Origin: an uncultured SAR86 cluster bacterium
Lineage (GTDB): Bacteria; Pseudomonadota; Gammaproteobacteria; Magnimaribacterales; AG-339-G14
Assembly (NCBI GenBank): GCA_902561325.1
Contig: CACEOL010000003.1
Span: 15,805-79,804 of the forward strand
Direction of reading: 5' to 3'
DNA length: 64,000 nucleotides
Part shown: positions 29,111 to 39,894 of the stretch, in pieces
How positions within the stretch are numbered: the first letter of the stretch is position 1
How the letters are laid out: every line of letters begins with the position of its first letter
The notes under the pieces: generated by a model
Database searches by the model: none
The model's input: the letters and a program-made list of their open reading frames with translations, nothing else
What the model was told of the DNA's origin: nothing
Translations under genes and position numbers: made by a program

Positions 29111-32100
29111 TTAACTATAAAAATTTCTGGCATTTAAAAATAATTTGAACCAAGGACTATGCTTTCCTTTTTCATTAGTCCAGGACAATTGATTATTTAA
29201 AAAACTTCTTTCAGGATGGGGCATCATAATTAAAAATCTTCCATCATCATTTGTCACTGCAGTAATGCCATTCGTGGAGCCATTGGGATTTTCTGGAAAT
29301 TCTTTAGCTTCAATACCTTTATTTGTACAAAATTGCATTGGTGCCAGATTATCAGAAATTATTTTCTTGACGCTTGCGTGTGTAGGAAAAATCATTTTAC
29401 CTTCTCCATGATTTACAGGAACTAGAAGCTGAGAACCTTCCATGCCATTAAAAAAATTGGAATTGGATTTGTTTATTTTTACTTGAACCATTCTCGCTTC
29501 AAATCTATTGCTGTTATTTCTTTCTAGTTTAGGCCAATGTTCTGAGCCTGGAATTAATTCTTTAAGCTCTGACATAACCTGACATCCATTGCAGATTCCC
29601 AACGCAAAAGTATCTTGTCGATGAAAGAATTCAGAAAATTTATCTTTAAGCTTTGAATTAGATTTTATTGACTGCGCCCACCCTCTTCCTGCTCCAAGGA
29701 TATCGCCATAAGAAAAACCCCCGGGAAAAGCAAGGCCTTGAAACTTATCTAAAGAACTCGAATTATCTAGAAGATCTCTCATGTGAACATCAATAACTTT
29801 GAAGCCAGCTTGAGAAAAAGCTGCTGCCATTTCTAAATGAGAATTAACTCCTTGATCTCTCATGATGGCTATTTTTGGAGCCCTACTTAGATATCTTTTA
29901 TTCAATTTAAAATTAAATTTTTGAGTAAGCTTTGACCTCTTTGTATCAAGCAAAAATCTATGTTCTTGTTTTGTTGTTTCTTGATTATCTCGAAGTAATT
30001 TGATGTTATAAGAAACGCTTGACCATGAATGCATTAAAACTTTGTGACTTATTCTTAAACTTTGGCTAGAAGTTTTAAGAAAAAGATTATTTGTATTATT
30101 AGTTGAACCAATATTAAAAAAAGAATTCTTTAAACCTAGGTTTACTAAATCTTTTTTAAACTCAGAAAAATCTTTTTTGTTAATCTGAAAAAGCATACCT
30201 AACTCTTCAGAAAATAAATTGTTAGATTCTTTTAAGAAAGAGATTTTAGAAAGGTCAAGATTTAAACCACACCCTCCAGCCAGCATCATTTCAACTGCGG
30301 AAACAATTAAACCGCCATCTGAAATATCATGGAAAGAGAATATTCTTTTTTTATTGATCTTGGCTGCTAAGTAATTATAAATTTTTGGAAATTCTTCTAT
30401 ACATTCCAAATTAGGAGTTTCAAGATTTGTTTGTTGAGTTACTTCCGAGAAAATAGATCCCCCCAAACGTTTTTTTGTTTTTGAAAGATCTAAGTAAACT
30501 AATGAAAGCTCATTATTATCTATCAATTGGGGTGTAATGCTTTTTTTGACGTTTTTAATTTTTGAAAAGGCGCTGATTATTAAACTTTGTGGGGATAAAT
30601 TAGTTTTTTTATCTTTTTGCCATATTGTTTTCATTGATAGCGAATCTTTTCCAACGGGAATGGCTATTCTCCAAGGATTGCATACTTTTTGGGTCAGCTC
30701 TTTTACTGTATTGAATAAATCTGTTTTTCTTTGAGCATTGTCTGGACTTGCCATCCAGTTTGCGGATATTTTTATATCGGATAGTTTAGATACTCCTGAA
30801 GGCAAGAGATTAATTAAAGCCTCTGCAAGAGCTAATTTTCCAGCTGCGGCAGGATTAGAAATTGCAATTGGAGACTTTTCTCCCATTGACATAGCTTCCC
30901 CGGAATTTGTATTGAAATCTGACAATGTAATTGCATGGTCAGCCACGGGAACTTGATATGGACCAACAAATTGGTCCCTGTAAGTTAAGCCTCCTACACT
31001 TCGATCTCCAATGTTTATTAGAAAGCTTTTAGAACCAACTGTAGGATGTCTCAATACATCTAACAGAGTTTTTTTAAGATTTATTTTTTTAGATTTATCA
31101 AAAGAGTCTGTCTTTTTGTCTGAGATAATTTCGTGGGTGTTTTTTTCTTTATATCCAAAAATAGTATCCATAGGCAGATGGATTGGAAATTTTCCGGTTT
31201 TGCTATCTTTAAGTTTAAAAGTTTTTTTAGCTGTTAGAGTTCCAACAACCGCGTGGGGACATTTTTCTCTCTCACAAAATTCTTTAAATTCTTTTAAAGA
31301 ATCTTTTTCCACAGCTAAAACGTATCTTTCTTGTGATTCGTTAGACCATATTTCTAAAGCTGACATAGAATTGTCAGCAAGAGGAATCTCTCTCAAATCA
31401 ATACTAGCTCCCATGCTGCAATCTTTTGCCAACTCTGGTATTGCATTTGAAAGGCCTCCAGCACCAACGTCATGAATGAATAAAATAGGATTTTTTGATT
31501 TTTTTAAAGAACACAAATTGATGACTTCTTGGCATCTTCTTTGCATTTCAGGATTAGATCTTTGCACTGAAGCATAGTCCAAGGATTCGTCAGAAGAACC
31601 TGCTTGGACTGAAGAAGCAGAACCTCCACCTAGACCGATTAAATAACCAGGTCCTCCTAAAACAATAATCTTTGTTCCAGGTTTAACCTTTTTTTTGAAT
31701 GTGTTGTTTGAACTTATGCTTCCTAATCCTCCAGCAATCATTATTGGTTTATGAAATCCATAGTGAGTTCCATCATTTTTTTGTTCGAAAGATCTGAAAT
31801 ATCCATTTAAATTTGGTCTTCCGAATTCATTATTAAATGAAGCAGCCCCAAGAGGACCCTCAATCATTATTTTTTTTGGTGAAGAAATTCGTTTAGGGCG
31901 ATCTTCTTTAAACTCCCATTTTTCTTTTAAACTTTCAAGTCTTAAATAAGATACAGAATATCCAGTTAAGCCGGCTTTTGGTTGTGCTCCAATTCCTGTA
32001 GCTCCCTCATCTCTTATCTCACCACCAGATCCTGTAGCAGCTCCTTCAAAAGGAGAAACTGCAGTTGGATGATTGTGAGTCTCAACCTTTATACAAATAT

Positions 32101-32938
32101 TATGTTTTGAATTCTTAGTCTGATACTCTCTCTTATCTGTATCTAAATGAAATTTTTCTGAACTTTCTGATTCAATTACCGCTGCATTATCATCATAGGC
32201 AACGAGCACTCCATCGTTAAAATTCTTATGAGTAGATTTTATTTGTTGAAATAAACTTGGTTCATTTTCTTCAGATAAATTCTGCCAAGAAGCATTAAAA
32301 AACTTATGACGACAGTGTTCAGAGTTTGCTTGAGAAAACATCATCAACTCTACATCTGTAGGATTTCTTTTAAGAGATTTATAACTATTTACTAAGTAAT
32401 TGATCTCTTGATCGTTCAAACCAAAGCCAAATTTTTGATTAGCATCGATATAGCTTTGATAACTATTTTTTAGATATTTGAAAGAAAAAGAATTTTTATT
32501 GGGTTTGGTAAAAAAAGATTCAATGCTTTTTAATCCAACTGAAAACTCTTCAGTAAGATAATCAAAAGGGAAGTTTTCCTTTTTAAGTAATTTTTCAGAA
32601 AAGTCTTCTGTTTCCAAGCCTTTGATTCTTTCTATTCTTTGGATCTCATTCAAATTACAAGAAGTAAAAATATCCTCAGTTTTCGAAGACCAGGGTGATT
32701 GTGAGCCATTCCTTGGCGAGAGAAAAATAATATCTTTTGAAAATCTTAACGAACTATTGGCGTTTACATCCAACAACTCATAAATTTTTTCAACTTTATT
32801 TTCTGGAATATCTTTCCAAGCTTTATTTAATAATAAAAGATAAAAATAATTTAAAGAGAGATGATTTGAATTTTCTTTTGAAAGGACTCTTTCGCCACCA
32901 ATGATAACTGTTCTGGAATTTAAAACTTTAAAGGGCAT
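29111..32938 (-). CDS. purL: phosphoribosylformylglycinamidine synthase (single-chain)
   Basis: 1275 aa, the large PurL type. The C-terminal glutaminase domain carries GICNGCQ. Confidence 0.97.
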   Translation of the reverse strand: MPFKVLNSRTVIIGGERVLSKENSNHLSLNYFYLLLLNKAWKDIPENKVEKIYELLDVNANSSLRFSKDIIFLSPRNGSQSPWSSKTEDIFTSCNLNEIQRIERIKGLETEDFSEKLLKKENFPFDYLTEEFSVGLKSIESFFTKPNKNSFSFKYLKNSYQSYIDANQKFGFGLNDQEINYLVNSYKSLKRNPTDVELMMFSQANSEHCRHKFFNASWQNLSEENEPSLFQQIKSTHKNFNDGVLVAYDDNAAVIESESSEKFHLDTDKREYQTKNSKHNICIKVETHNHPTAVSPFEGAATGSGGEIRDEGATGIGAQPKAGLTGYSVSYLRLESLKEKWEFKEDRPKRISSPKKIMIEGPLGAASFNNEFGRPNLNGYFRSFEQKNDGTHYGFHKPIMIAGGLGSISSNNTFKKKVKPGTKIIVLGGPGYLIGLGGGSASSVQAGSSDESLDYASVQRSNPEMQRRCQEVINLCSLKKSKNPILFIHDVGAGGLSNAIPELAKDCSMGASIDLREIPLADNSMSALEIWSNESQERYVLAVEKDSLKEFKEFCEREKCPHAVVGTLTAKKTFKLKDSKTGKFPIHLPMDTIFGYKEKNTHEIISDKKTDSFDKSKKINLKKTLLDVLRHPTVGSKSFLINIGDRSVGGLTYRDQFVGPYQVPVADHAITLSDFNTNSGEAMSMGEKSPIAISNPAAAGKLALAEALINLLPSGVSKLSDIKISANWMASPDNAQRKTDLFNTVKELTQKVCNPWRIAIPVGKDSLSMKTIWQKDKKTNLSPQSLIISAFSKIKNVKKSITPQLIDNNELSLVYLDLSKTKKRLGGSIFSEVTQQTNLETPNLECIEEFPKIYNYLAAKINKKRIFSFHDISDGGLIVSAVEMMLAGGCGLNLDLSKISFLKESNNLFSEELGMLFQINKKDFSEFKKDLVNLGLKNSFFNIGSTNNTNNLFLKTSSQSLRISHKVLMHSWSSVSYNIKLLRDNQETTKQEHRFLLDTKRSKLTQKFNFKLNKRYLSRAPKIAIMRDQGVNSHLEMAAAFSQAGFKVIDVHMRDLLDNSSSLDKFQGLAFPGGFSYGDILGAGRGWAQSIKSNSKLKDKFSEFFHRQDTFALGICNGCQVMSELKELIPGSEHWPKLERNNSNRFEARMVQVKINKSNSNFFNGMEGSQLLVPVNHGEGKMIFPTHASVKKIISDNLAPMQFCTNKGIEAKEFPENPNGSTNGITAVTNDDGRFLIMMPHPERSFLNNQLSWTNEKGKHSPWFKLFLNARNFYS

Positions 32939-32980
32939 CTAAAAAAGAAAAATTATACCTCAAAACAAAAATTATTATTT

Positions 32981-34978
32981 TCAGCTTAGCAATAATTTTT
33001 CTTTGAGATTTGATATTTTATCTCGCAAAGAAGCTGCTTCTTCAAATTCTAATTTATTTGCATGGCTTAGCATCAATTTTTCTAAATCATCAATTTTTGC
33101 CGACAAATCCTTAGGATTTAAAAATTCTTCATCAAGCTTGTCTTCTACCTTTTTTATGAATTGTTTTTTGGAAGAAAGTTTTGATCCTTCCATAATATCT
33201 GTAATTGGTTTGTAAATTCCTTGAGGCTTTATATTATTTTTTTTATTGAATTTTTCTTGAATCTTTCTTCTTCTTTCAGTTTCGTCTAGTGTCCTTTGAA
33301 TGGAGCCTGTAATCGAGTCAGCATATAAAATTGCATGGCCTTTTTCATGTCTTGCTGCCCTACCAATGGTTTGAATCATACTTGTTTCTGATCTTAAGAA
33401 GCCTTCTTTATCGGCATCTAGAATTGCTACTAAAGATACCTCAGGAAGGTCTAATCCCTCCCTTAAAAGGTTTATTCCAACAAGTACATCAAAATTACCC
33501 ATTCTGAGCTCTCTTAAAATTTCTACTCTTTCAACGGTATCAATATCCGAATGAAGATATCTAACATTTATATCTCTTTCAAATAAATATTGGCTTAAAT
33601 CTTCAGCCATTCTTTTTGTTAAAACAGTAGCTAGAACTCTTTCTTTTTTTTGTATTTTTTTCTGTATTTCAGATATCAAATCATCAACTTGATTTGTAGC
33701 AGGTCTTATTTCAATGGAGGGATCTAATAAACCTGTTGGTCGAGCTATCATCTCAATTAACTGATCTAGGTGATTGTCTTCATATTCGCCCGGAGTGGCC
33801 GATACAAAAACCTTTTGTCCAGACATTGATTCCCATTCATCGAAGCGTAAGGGACGATTATCCAGGGCGCTGGGCAACCTGAAACCATAATCAGCAAGAG
33901 TTTCTTTCCGAGATCTATCTCCTCTATACATACCCTTAATTTGAGGAAGTGAAACATGCGATTCATCAACAAAAACTATGGTATCTTCAGGCAGATAGTC
34001 ATAGAGAGTTGGGGGAGCCTCTCCTTCATTTCTCCCAGATAAATATCTTGAGTAGTTCTCTATTCCTGAACAGTAACCAAGCTCTTTGATCATTTCCAAA
34101 TCAAACTTCGTTCTCTCCTCAATTCTTTGAGCTTCAATATATTTTTCATTTTTTTTAAAGTATTTAACTCTTTGTTGCATTTCAGAGCGTATTTTTTTCA
34201 TGGCAGAAAGCATGATATCTCTGGTAGTTACATAATGAGTTTTTGGAAAGATTGTTGCTCGAGGAACATCTCTAAAAATTTCACCAGTTAGAGGATCAAA
34301 AAATTTCAAGGATTCAATTTCTTTATCAAAAAATTCAACTCTCAGAGCTTCTTTTTCAGACTCTGCAGGAAAAATATCTACGATATCGCCTTTAACTCTG
34401 TAAGTAGCTCTTTTAAATTCAATATCATTTCTTGTATATTGCAGTTCTGCTAGCCTCAGTAAAAGCTTGCCGAGTTCTAATTCATCTCCTCTGTCTAAAT
34501 GGAGAACCATTTTTAAATAGGATTTTGGATCTCCTAAACCATAAATTGCTGAGACCGTAGCAACTATAATCACATCTCTTCTTTCGAGTACTGCTTTTGT
34601 AGCAGATAATCTCATTTGTTCAATATGTTCATTTATGGAAGCATCTTTCTCAATAAAGACATCTGAAGAAGGCACATATGCTTCAGGCTGATAGTAATCA
34701 TAGTAAGAAACAAAATACTCAACAGCATTGTCAGGAAAAAACTCTTTGAATTCTCCGTATAGCTGAGCAGCAAGAGTTTTGTTATGAGACATAACAATAG
34801 CCGGTCTTTGTAAATTCTCAATGACATTTGCCATAGCAAAAGTTTTACCTGATCCAGTAACGCCTTTTAAAGTTTGATTTAAGAGACCAGAGTTCAAACC
34901 CTTTACAATTTTTTGAATTGCCTGAGGTTGATCACCTGAGGGTCCAAAATTGGATTTAATTTTAAATGACTTGCTCAT
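32981..34978 (-). CDS. uvrB: excinuclease ABC subunit B
   Basis: 665 aa. Walker [15 protein letters not shown], and the C-terminal UVR motif [12 protein letters not shown]. Confidence 0.97.
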   Translation of the reverse strand: MSKSFKIKSNFGPSGDQPQAIQKIVKGLNSGLLNQTLKGVTGSGKTFAMANVIENLQRPAIVMSHNKTLAAQLYGEFKEFFPDNAVEYFVSYYDYYQPEAYVPSSDVFIEKDASINEHIEQMRLSATKAVLERRDVIIVATVSAIYGLGDPKSYLKMVLHLDRGDELELGKLLLRLAELQYTRNDIEFKRATYRVKGDIVDIFPAESEKEALRVEFFDKEIESLKFFDPLTGEIFRDVPRATIFPKTHYVTTRDIMLSAMKKIRSEMQQRVKYFKKNEKYIEAQRIEERTKFDLEMIKELGYCSGIENYSRYLSGRNEGEAPPTLYDYLPEDTIVFVDESHVSLPQIKGMYRGDRSRKETLADYGFRLPSALDNRPLRFDEWESMSGQKVFVSATPGEYEDNHLDQLIEMIARPTGLLDPSIEIRPATNQVDDLISEIQKKIQKKERVLATVLTKRMAEDLSQYLFERDINVRYLHSDIDTVERVEILRELRMGNFDVLVGINLLREGLDLPEVSLVAILDADKEGFLRSETSMIQTIGRAARHEKGHAILYADSITGSIQRTLDETERRRKIQEKFNKKNNIKPQGIYKPITDIMEGSKLSSKKQFIKKVEDKLDEEFLNPKDLSAKIDDLEKLMLSHANKLEFEEAASLRDKISNLKEKLLLS

Positions 34979-35012
34979 TATTTAATTTTTTTGCTTATAA
35001 TACATTCCTTTT

Positions 35013-35088
<76 letters not shown>

Positions 35089-35097
35089 AAAGATACA

Positions 35098-35814
35098 ATG
35101 CCTATTTATTCTAGCGAATCATCAGAACCATACAAATTAAGTCGATCTAGAATTGAGAATTTTTGTAAATGTAAAAAGTGCTTCTACTTGGAAGAAAAAC
35201 TTGGTATCTCAAAGCCAGCCCAATTTCCCTTTAATCTGAATAATGCTGTGGATGAATTGTTAAAAAATGAATTTGATAACTTTAGAGGTACCAAAGACAA
35301 TCATCCTCTAATAGTTGAGTATGGCATAGATGCGAAACCTTTTGAGCACCCAGAAATTGAAAATTGGCGGACTAGAAATAAAGGCATTGGTTTTTTAGAT
35401 AATGACACAAACTTATACTTTTATGGCCTAGTTGATGATGTTTGGATAAGTACGATAAATGAAAAACTTATCATTGTTGATTACAAAGCAACCTCTAAAA
35501 AAGGCGAAGTATCTTTGGATGCTCCTTGGCAAATTAGTTACAAAAGACAGGTTGAAATTTATCAATGGCTTTTTAAAAAAAATGGTTTTGATGTTGAAGA
35601 CATTACTTATTTTGTTTACTGCAATGGTAGAGCCGACAAAAAGGAATTTAATAACCTTTTAGAATTTAAAACTAAGGTTATTAGCTATAAAGGAAATACA
35701 GACTGGATAGACCCAGTGACAAGAGAGATAAAAAAAGTACTAGATGATGATAAAATTCCGGAACCAAATCCTAGCTGTGAATATTGCAGATACATAACTA
35801 AAGCTAATTTGTAG
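35098..35814 (+). CDS. PD-(D/E)XK nuclease superfamily protein, Cas4/RecB-like with Cys cluster
   Basis: 238 aa. GLVDDVW...IIVDYKAT (D..D/ExK), QVEIYQWLF (QxxxY), CKCKKC near the N-terminus and CEYC at the C-terminus. Confidence 0.7.
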   Translation: MPIYSSESSEPYKLSRSRIENFCKCKKCFYLEEKLGISKPAQFPFNLNNAVDELLKNEFDNFRGTKDNHPLIVEYGIDAKPFEHPEIENWRTRNKGIGFLDNDTNLYFYGLVDDVWISTINEKLIIVDYKATSKKGEVSLDAPWQISYKRQVEIYQWLFKKNGFDVEDITYFVYCNGRADKKEFNNLLEFKTKVISYKGNTDWIDPVTREIKKVLDDDKIPEPNPSCEYCRYITKANL

Positions 35815-35821
35815 GAGAAGC

Positions 35822-36763
35822 ATGGAATTACTTTACGCGGCATTAATCTTCTTAATTGGCTTGGGCGTCTTGATCTCGGGAGCTGAGATATTTATTCATC
35901 ATAGTGCGCAATTGGGAGCAAAATTAGGGATAAGCGATGTTATTGTAGGAATTACTCTAGTTGCTCTTGGTACTTCTATTCCAGAAATATTTGTTAGCGT
36001 TTCTTCGATAATTAATGATGCACCTGCTCTTGCTTTGGGGAATTCAATTGGTTCTAACATAAGCAATATTGCTATTATTTACGGGTTAAGTCTTTTTTGG
36101 TTGGCTTCCAAAACGCTTAACATAAGTCTAAGAAATATTTTTATTTTGATTTTAAGTGTCTTAATTGCTGGCTGGGCTCTTTACGATTTAACAATTTCTG
36201 TTGCAGATTCGATTGTGTTCATAGCGCTCTTTATCCTATTTGTTTTAAACCTCTTTAGAGAAAAGCCTGATGATGTCCCAGAAAATACTCACAAAGATGA
36301 GTCTTTAACTAAAGTGTCCCTTTTGATTCTGTTAAGTTTGATTTTATTAGCAGTAGGTTCTGAATTGACTGTGCGAGGAGGAGTTGACTTGGCAATAGGT
36401 CTTGGTATTCCTGATGCTGTTATTGGCCTTACTATGGTAGCGATTGGTACAAGCTTACCTGAATTAGCAGCTTCCGTTTCTGCTCTCAGAAGAAGTAAGG
36501 GGAATATGGTTGTCGGAAATATTGTGGGCTCTAATATTTTAAATATAGTGCTAATTTTTCCAATAATCGGAATTGGCTCAACGACTGTTTTTGATCAAGA
36601 AATTTTTAACCGAGATTTCATGGTTATGAGTGCATTAACAGCGGCTTTCATTTTGTTAATAACTGTTGGAAGAGGTGAAGGAAGTTTAAAAAAAGTTTTA
36701 TATCCTGTATTTGCTATAGGAATGTTTGTTTCAATGGGTTTTTACCTATCTAGCTTATTTTAA
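35822..36763 (+). CDS. Ca2+/Na+ antiporter (CaCA/YrbG family)
   Basis: 313-aa polytopic protein with duplicated alpha-repeat motifs GTSIPE and GTSLPE. Confidence 0.85.
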   Translation: MELLYAALIFLIGLGVLISGAEIFIHHSAQLGAKLGISDVIVGITLVALGTSIPEIFVSVSSIINDAPALALGNSIGSNISNIAIIYGLSLFWLASKTLNISLRNIFILILSVLIAGWALYDLTISVADSIVFIALFILFVLNLFREKPDDVPENTHKDESLTKVSLLILLSLILLAVGSELTVRGGVDLAIGLGIPDAVIGLTMVAIGTSLPELAASVSALRRSKGNMVVGNIVGSNILNIVLIFPIIGIGSTTVFDQEIFNRDFMVMSALTAAFILLITVGRGEGSLKKVLYPVFAIGMFVSMGFYLSSLF

Positions 36764-38124
36764 GACTTTTTTTTCCAGATAGTCTTTCCATCAAGATCTT
36801 CCAAGACTATACCTTTTTTTAGTAATTGATCTCTTATTTCATCTGCTAAATCAAATTTTTTATTTCCTCTAGCATCGTTACGATCACTTATCAGCTTTTC
36901 GATTTCTCTATCTGAAAGGTCAAGCTCTCCATATTTAAAATAATTTTCTACTTCATCTAAAAGTAACCCTAAAGAATTGAGCAATACTTTAAGCGTAAAT
37001 AACTTATCAGATGATAAGTCTCCGCCGCTTTCAGTATTTGCTGCATAAGCTTGAAGTAGGGAAAGAGCCTTGGGAGAGTTGAAATCATCTTGAAAAGCAG
37101 AAATGAATTCTTCTCTAAAAGTTTTATCTTCATTAAATTTTCTAGGTGTTTTTATATCACTAAATAATGTGTAGAACTTATCTAGAACTCTTTTTGCATT
37201 TTCCAAACCTTCTTTTGAATATGATATTGGGCTTCTGTAATGCGTCAAAAGGAAAAATAACCTTAAAACCTCTGGATGAAAGTCTTTTAAAATATCTTTA
37301 ACAGTAATAAAGTTTTTCAAAGATTTAGACATTTTTTTGTCATCAATTCTCAATGGACCGGTATGCATCCAAAAGGATGCAAAATTACTTTCAGTTGCGC
37401 ATTCCGCTTGAGCTATTTCATTTTCATGATGGGGAAACTTCAAATCTAAGCCGCCTCCGTGAATATCAAACTCCTCGCCAAGGTATTTTATGCTCATTGC
37501 AGAACATTCAATATGCCAACCAGGTCTCCCTTCTCCCCAAGGAGATGGCCAAGTAATCCCATCGGTATCCTTTTTCCATAAAACAAAATCTGCATCATGT
37601 TTTTTATTGAGATCCGTTATTGTTCTTTCTGCAGCAGATAGCTGATCTAAAGTCCTGTTGGCTAATTTTCCGTAGTCTTTAAATTTTTGTATATCAAAGT
37701 AAACATCCGATTCGTTCTTCCTATATGCATAGCCTTTTTCTTCAAGAGATTGAATCATAGAAATAATCTCTTCAATGTGATCAGATACTTTTGGCTCAAC
37801 GTCAGGAGAATCAATGCCCAGAGAAAAAAAATCATTATGCATTTCTTTAATAAACTTTTTAGAAAAATCCAAAGCTGGAATGCCCTCTTCTTTGGCTCGA
37901 TTTATAATTTTGTCGTCAACATCTGTGATATTTCTTACATACTTTACTTTGAAGCCTATAAACCTTAAAAATTTAACAATTACGTCAAAGTTAATAAAAG
38001 TTCTAGCATGCCCAATATGCACATCGTCATAAGGAGTTAACCCACAAATATAAATACTGACTTCTTTTTTTATTTTGGGCTTAAAAGTCTCTTTTTTACC
38101 TGTTAGTGAATTAAATATTTTCAT
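36760..38124 (-). CDS. cysS: cysteine--tRNA ligase
   Basis: 454 aa. HIGH motif (VHIGHARTF) and KMSKS. Divergent from ppiB, as in E. coli. Confidence 0.96.
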   Translation of the reverse strand: MKIFNSLTGKKETFKPKIKKEVSIYICGLTPYDDVHIGHARTFINFDVIVKFLRFIGFKVKYVRNITDVDDKIINRAKEEGIPALDFSKKFIKEMHNDFFSLGIDSPDVEPKVSDHIEEIISMIQSLEEKGYAYRKNESDVYFDIQKFKDYGKLANRTLDQLSAAERTITDLNKKHDADFVLWKKDTDGITWPSPWGEGRPGWHIECSAMSIKYLGEEFDIHGGGLDLKFPHHENEIAQAECATESNFASFWMHTGPLRIDDKKMSKSLKNFITVKDILKDFHPEVLRLFFLLTHYRSPISYSKEGLENAKRVLDKFYTLFSDIKTPRKFNEDKTFREEFISAFQDDFNSPKALSLLQAYAANTESGGDLSSDKLFTLKVLLNSLGLLLDEVENYFKYGELDLSDREIEKLISDRNDARGNKKFDLADEIRDQLLKKGIVLEDLDGKTIWKKKS

Positions 38125-38158
38125 TTTTAAGTGAAGCTAGATAAGGGTATGATTAATT

Positions 38159-38653
38159 ATGAATGAAATAATACTTTTAACTATCACTACATCCTTAGGT
38201 AGCTTTGATATTGAACTTTACCAAAAAGAAGCGCCCATAACAGCTAACAATTTTGTTGAATATGTGGAGCAAAATTTCTATGAAAATACTTTATTTCATA
38301 GAGTTATTCCAGGCTTTGTAATTCAAGGAGGAGGTTTTGAAATAGGTATGTCTCCTAAAGAAACCAATCCGCCAATTAAAAATGAAGCAGATAATGGTCT
38401 TAAAAATGATAAATATACTTTGTCAATGGCGAGAACTCAGGATCTAGATTCTGCTACATCTCAATTTTTTATTAATCTTGCTGATAATAAATCATTAGAT
38501 TACCCCTCAATGGGAGGATATGCAGTTTTTGGAAAAGTTATTTCTGGAGAAGAGGTTATTGATGAAATTGCATCTGTTAGAACTACAAACGTTGGTCCTT
38601 ATCAAGATGTTCCTGTAGAGGATGTCTATATTATAAAAGTCGAAAAAAAATAA
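38159..38653 (+). CDS. ppiB: peptidyl-prolyl cis-trans isomerase B (cyclophilin)
   Basis: 164 aa with FHRVIPGFVIQGGG. Confidence 0.92.
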   Translation: MNEIILLTITTSLGSFDIELYQKEAPITANNFVEYVEQNFYENTLFHRVIPGFVIQGGGFEIGMSPKETNPPIKNEADNGLKNDKYTLSMARTQDLDSATSQFFINLADNKSLDYPSMGGYAVFGKVISGEEVIDEIASVRTTNVGPYQDVPVEDVYIIKVEKK

Positions 38654-39367
38654 ATGTCCTCTTGTTTTATTTCTGATCTACATTTAAATCATAAACGCGA
38701 AGATATAAAAAAAGCTTTTTTCAAATTTCTAGAATCAGAGGCTTCTGAATTCGAAAATCTTTATATTTTGGGAGATTTATTTGAAGTTTGGATTGGTGAC
38801 GATTTTGAGGATAGATTTACAAGCGAAGTAATTTCTGAATTGAAAGAATTTTCTCTCAAAAATAAAAATATTTTCATAATGCATGGGAATAGAGATTTTC
38901 TTATAGGAAAAAAATTTGCAGAAAAATGCGGCGCTAAATTAATCTCAGATCCATTGATATTAAATAAAGAAGGGAAAAAAATTATGCTGTCTCATGGGGA
39001 TATTTTTTGTACAGATGATTTGGAATATCAAAATTTTAAAGAGAAAGTTAGAAATGAAAAATGGCAAAAAGAATTCCTCTCAAAAGATCTAAAAGATCGA
39101 GAAGAAATTGCAAAAAACCTTCGTAAGGAAAGCGCAAAGAAAAATTCAAAAAAAGAAGACTATTTAATGGATGTAAATAAATTGGAAGTAGAAAAAATTG
39201 CTCTAGAGAATAAAGTTGAGATTTTAATCCATGGGCATGTGCATCGCCCTAAAGTTCATAATGAAGCCTTTGGTCAAAGAATTGTCCTAGGTGATTGGGA
39301 TAAAAAATACTGGTTTATTAGTTTAATAGGAGAAAAAATCAGTCTTCACTCAAGTGAAATTACATAG
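38654..39367 (+). CDS. lpxH: UDP-2,3-diacylglucosamine diphosphatase
   Basis: 237 aa. Metallophosphoesterase motifs SDLHL, GDLFEVWIGDD and GNRDFL. Shows ppiB-lpxH linkage, as in E. coli. Confidence 0.88.
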   Translation: MSSCFISDLHLNHKREDIKKAFFKFLESEASEFENLYILGDLFEVWIGDDFEDRFTSEVISELKEFSLKNKNIFIMHGNRDFLIGKKFAEKCGAKLISDPLILNKEGKKIMLSHGDIFCTDDLEYQNFKEKVRNEKWQKEFLSKDLKDREEIAKNLRKESAKKNSKKEDYLMDVNKLEVEKIALENKVEILIHGHVHRPKVHNEAFGQRIVLGDWDKKYWFISLIGEKISLHSSEIT

Positions 39368-39818
39368 ACTTATTTCTATTAAGGGGCTCAATGAAATATT
39401 TTTCATAATGAGCCTTAGATAAGGTATAGAGTTCGCTTTCTATCTCTTCTTTTAGAGCAGTTAGAGATTTATTTTTTTCGAACACATCTACACCAAATTC
39501 ATCAAGATTATTAAAGCTTTCGCTAACTTGTTTTATTACTTCAAAGGCCTTAGATAAATCATTCAAATCGTCTTTAATTTTCAATTGGAAATGTTTTATT
39601 GATTCCTCGAGTTTTTTGGAATCTAAAACCTTTAATCTGGAAGCCATAATTTGTGACTTAAGCTTTTCTAATCTTTTCCAAACGGATTCCCTTTCCTCTG
39701 GTTTAAAAGCGTTCCAATTAATTACTTCGAAGGAAAATCTTTTGCATCCTCTGCAAACATCATCACCATAAGTTGTTGAGCAAATACCTACGCAAGGAGT
39801 TCTAGTTCTATTCACCAT
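39360..39818 (-). CDS. DUF1289-type Cys-motif protein with long helical C-terminal extension
   Basis: 152 aa. The N-terminal [21 protein letters not shown] matches the DUF1289 (COG3313) four-Cys motif. The remaining ~110 aa are predicted helical. Confidence 0.6.
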   Translation of the reverse strand: MVNRTRTPCVGICSTTYGDDVCRGCKRFSFEVINWNAFKPEERESVWKRLEKLKSQIMASRLKVLDSKKLEESIKHFQLKIKDDLNDLSKAFEVIKQVSESFNNLDEFGVDVFEKNKSLTALKEEIESELYTLSKAHYEKYFIEPLNRNKSM

Positions 39819-39894
39819 TACCTATATTCTATCAATAATTTTCAAAATTAGATTCTTGACTCATCATGATATAATAGTTTTTTTTGGAGATGAG

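Noticed and set aside
34996-35001. TATAAT lies 11 nt upstream of the mature 5' end of tRNA-Asn, with TTGCTC about 19 nt further upstream, as a possible tRNA promoter.
   Set aside because: The spacing is non-optimal, and TATAAT-like hexamers are frequent by chance in DNA this AT-rich. It cannot be distinguished from background without TSS data.
39856-39875. TTGACT and TATAAT hexamers upstream of acnB look like a perfect sigma-70 promoter. The track ORF also starts at this TTG.
   Set aside because: The hexamers are only 8 nt apart, whereas about 17 nt is needed. The acnB N-terminus aligns with E. coli AcnB from ATG 39895, so the TTG extension is spurious. The TATAAT may still be a -10 element, but no convincing -35 is present.
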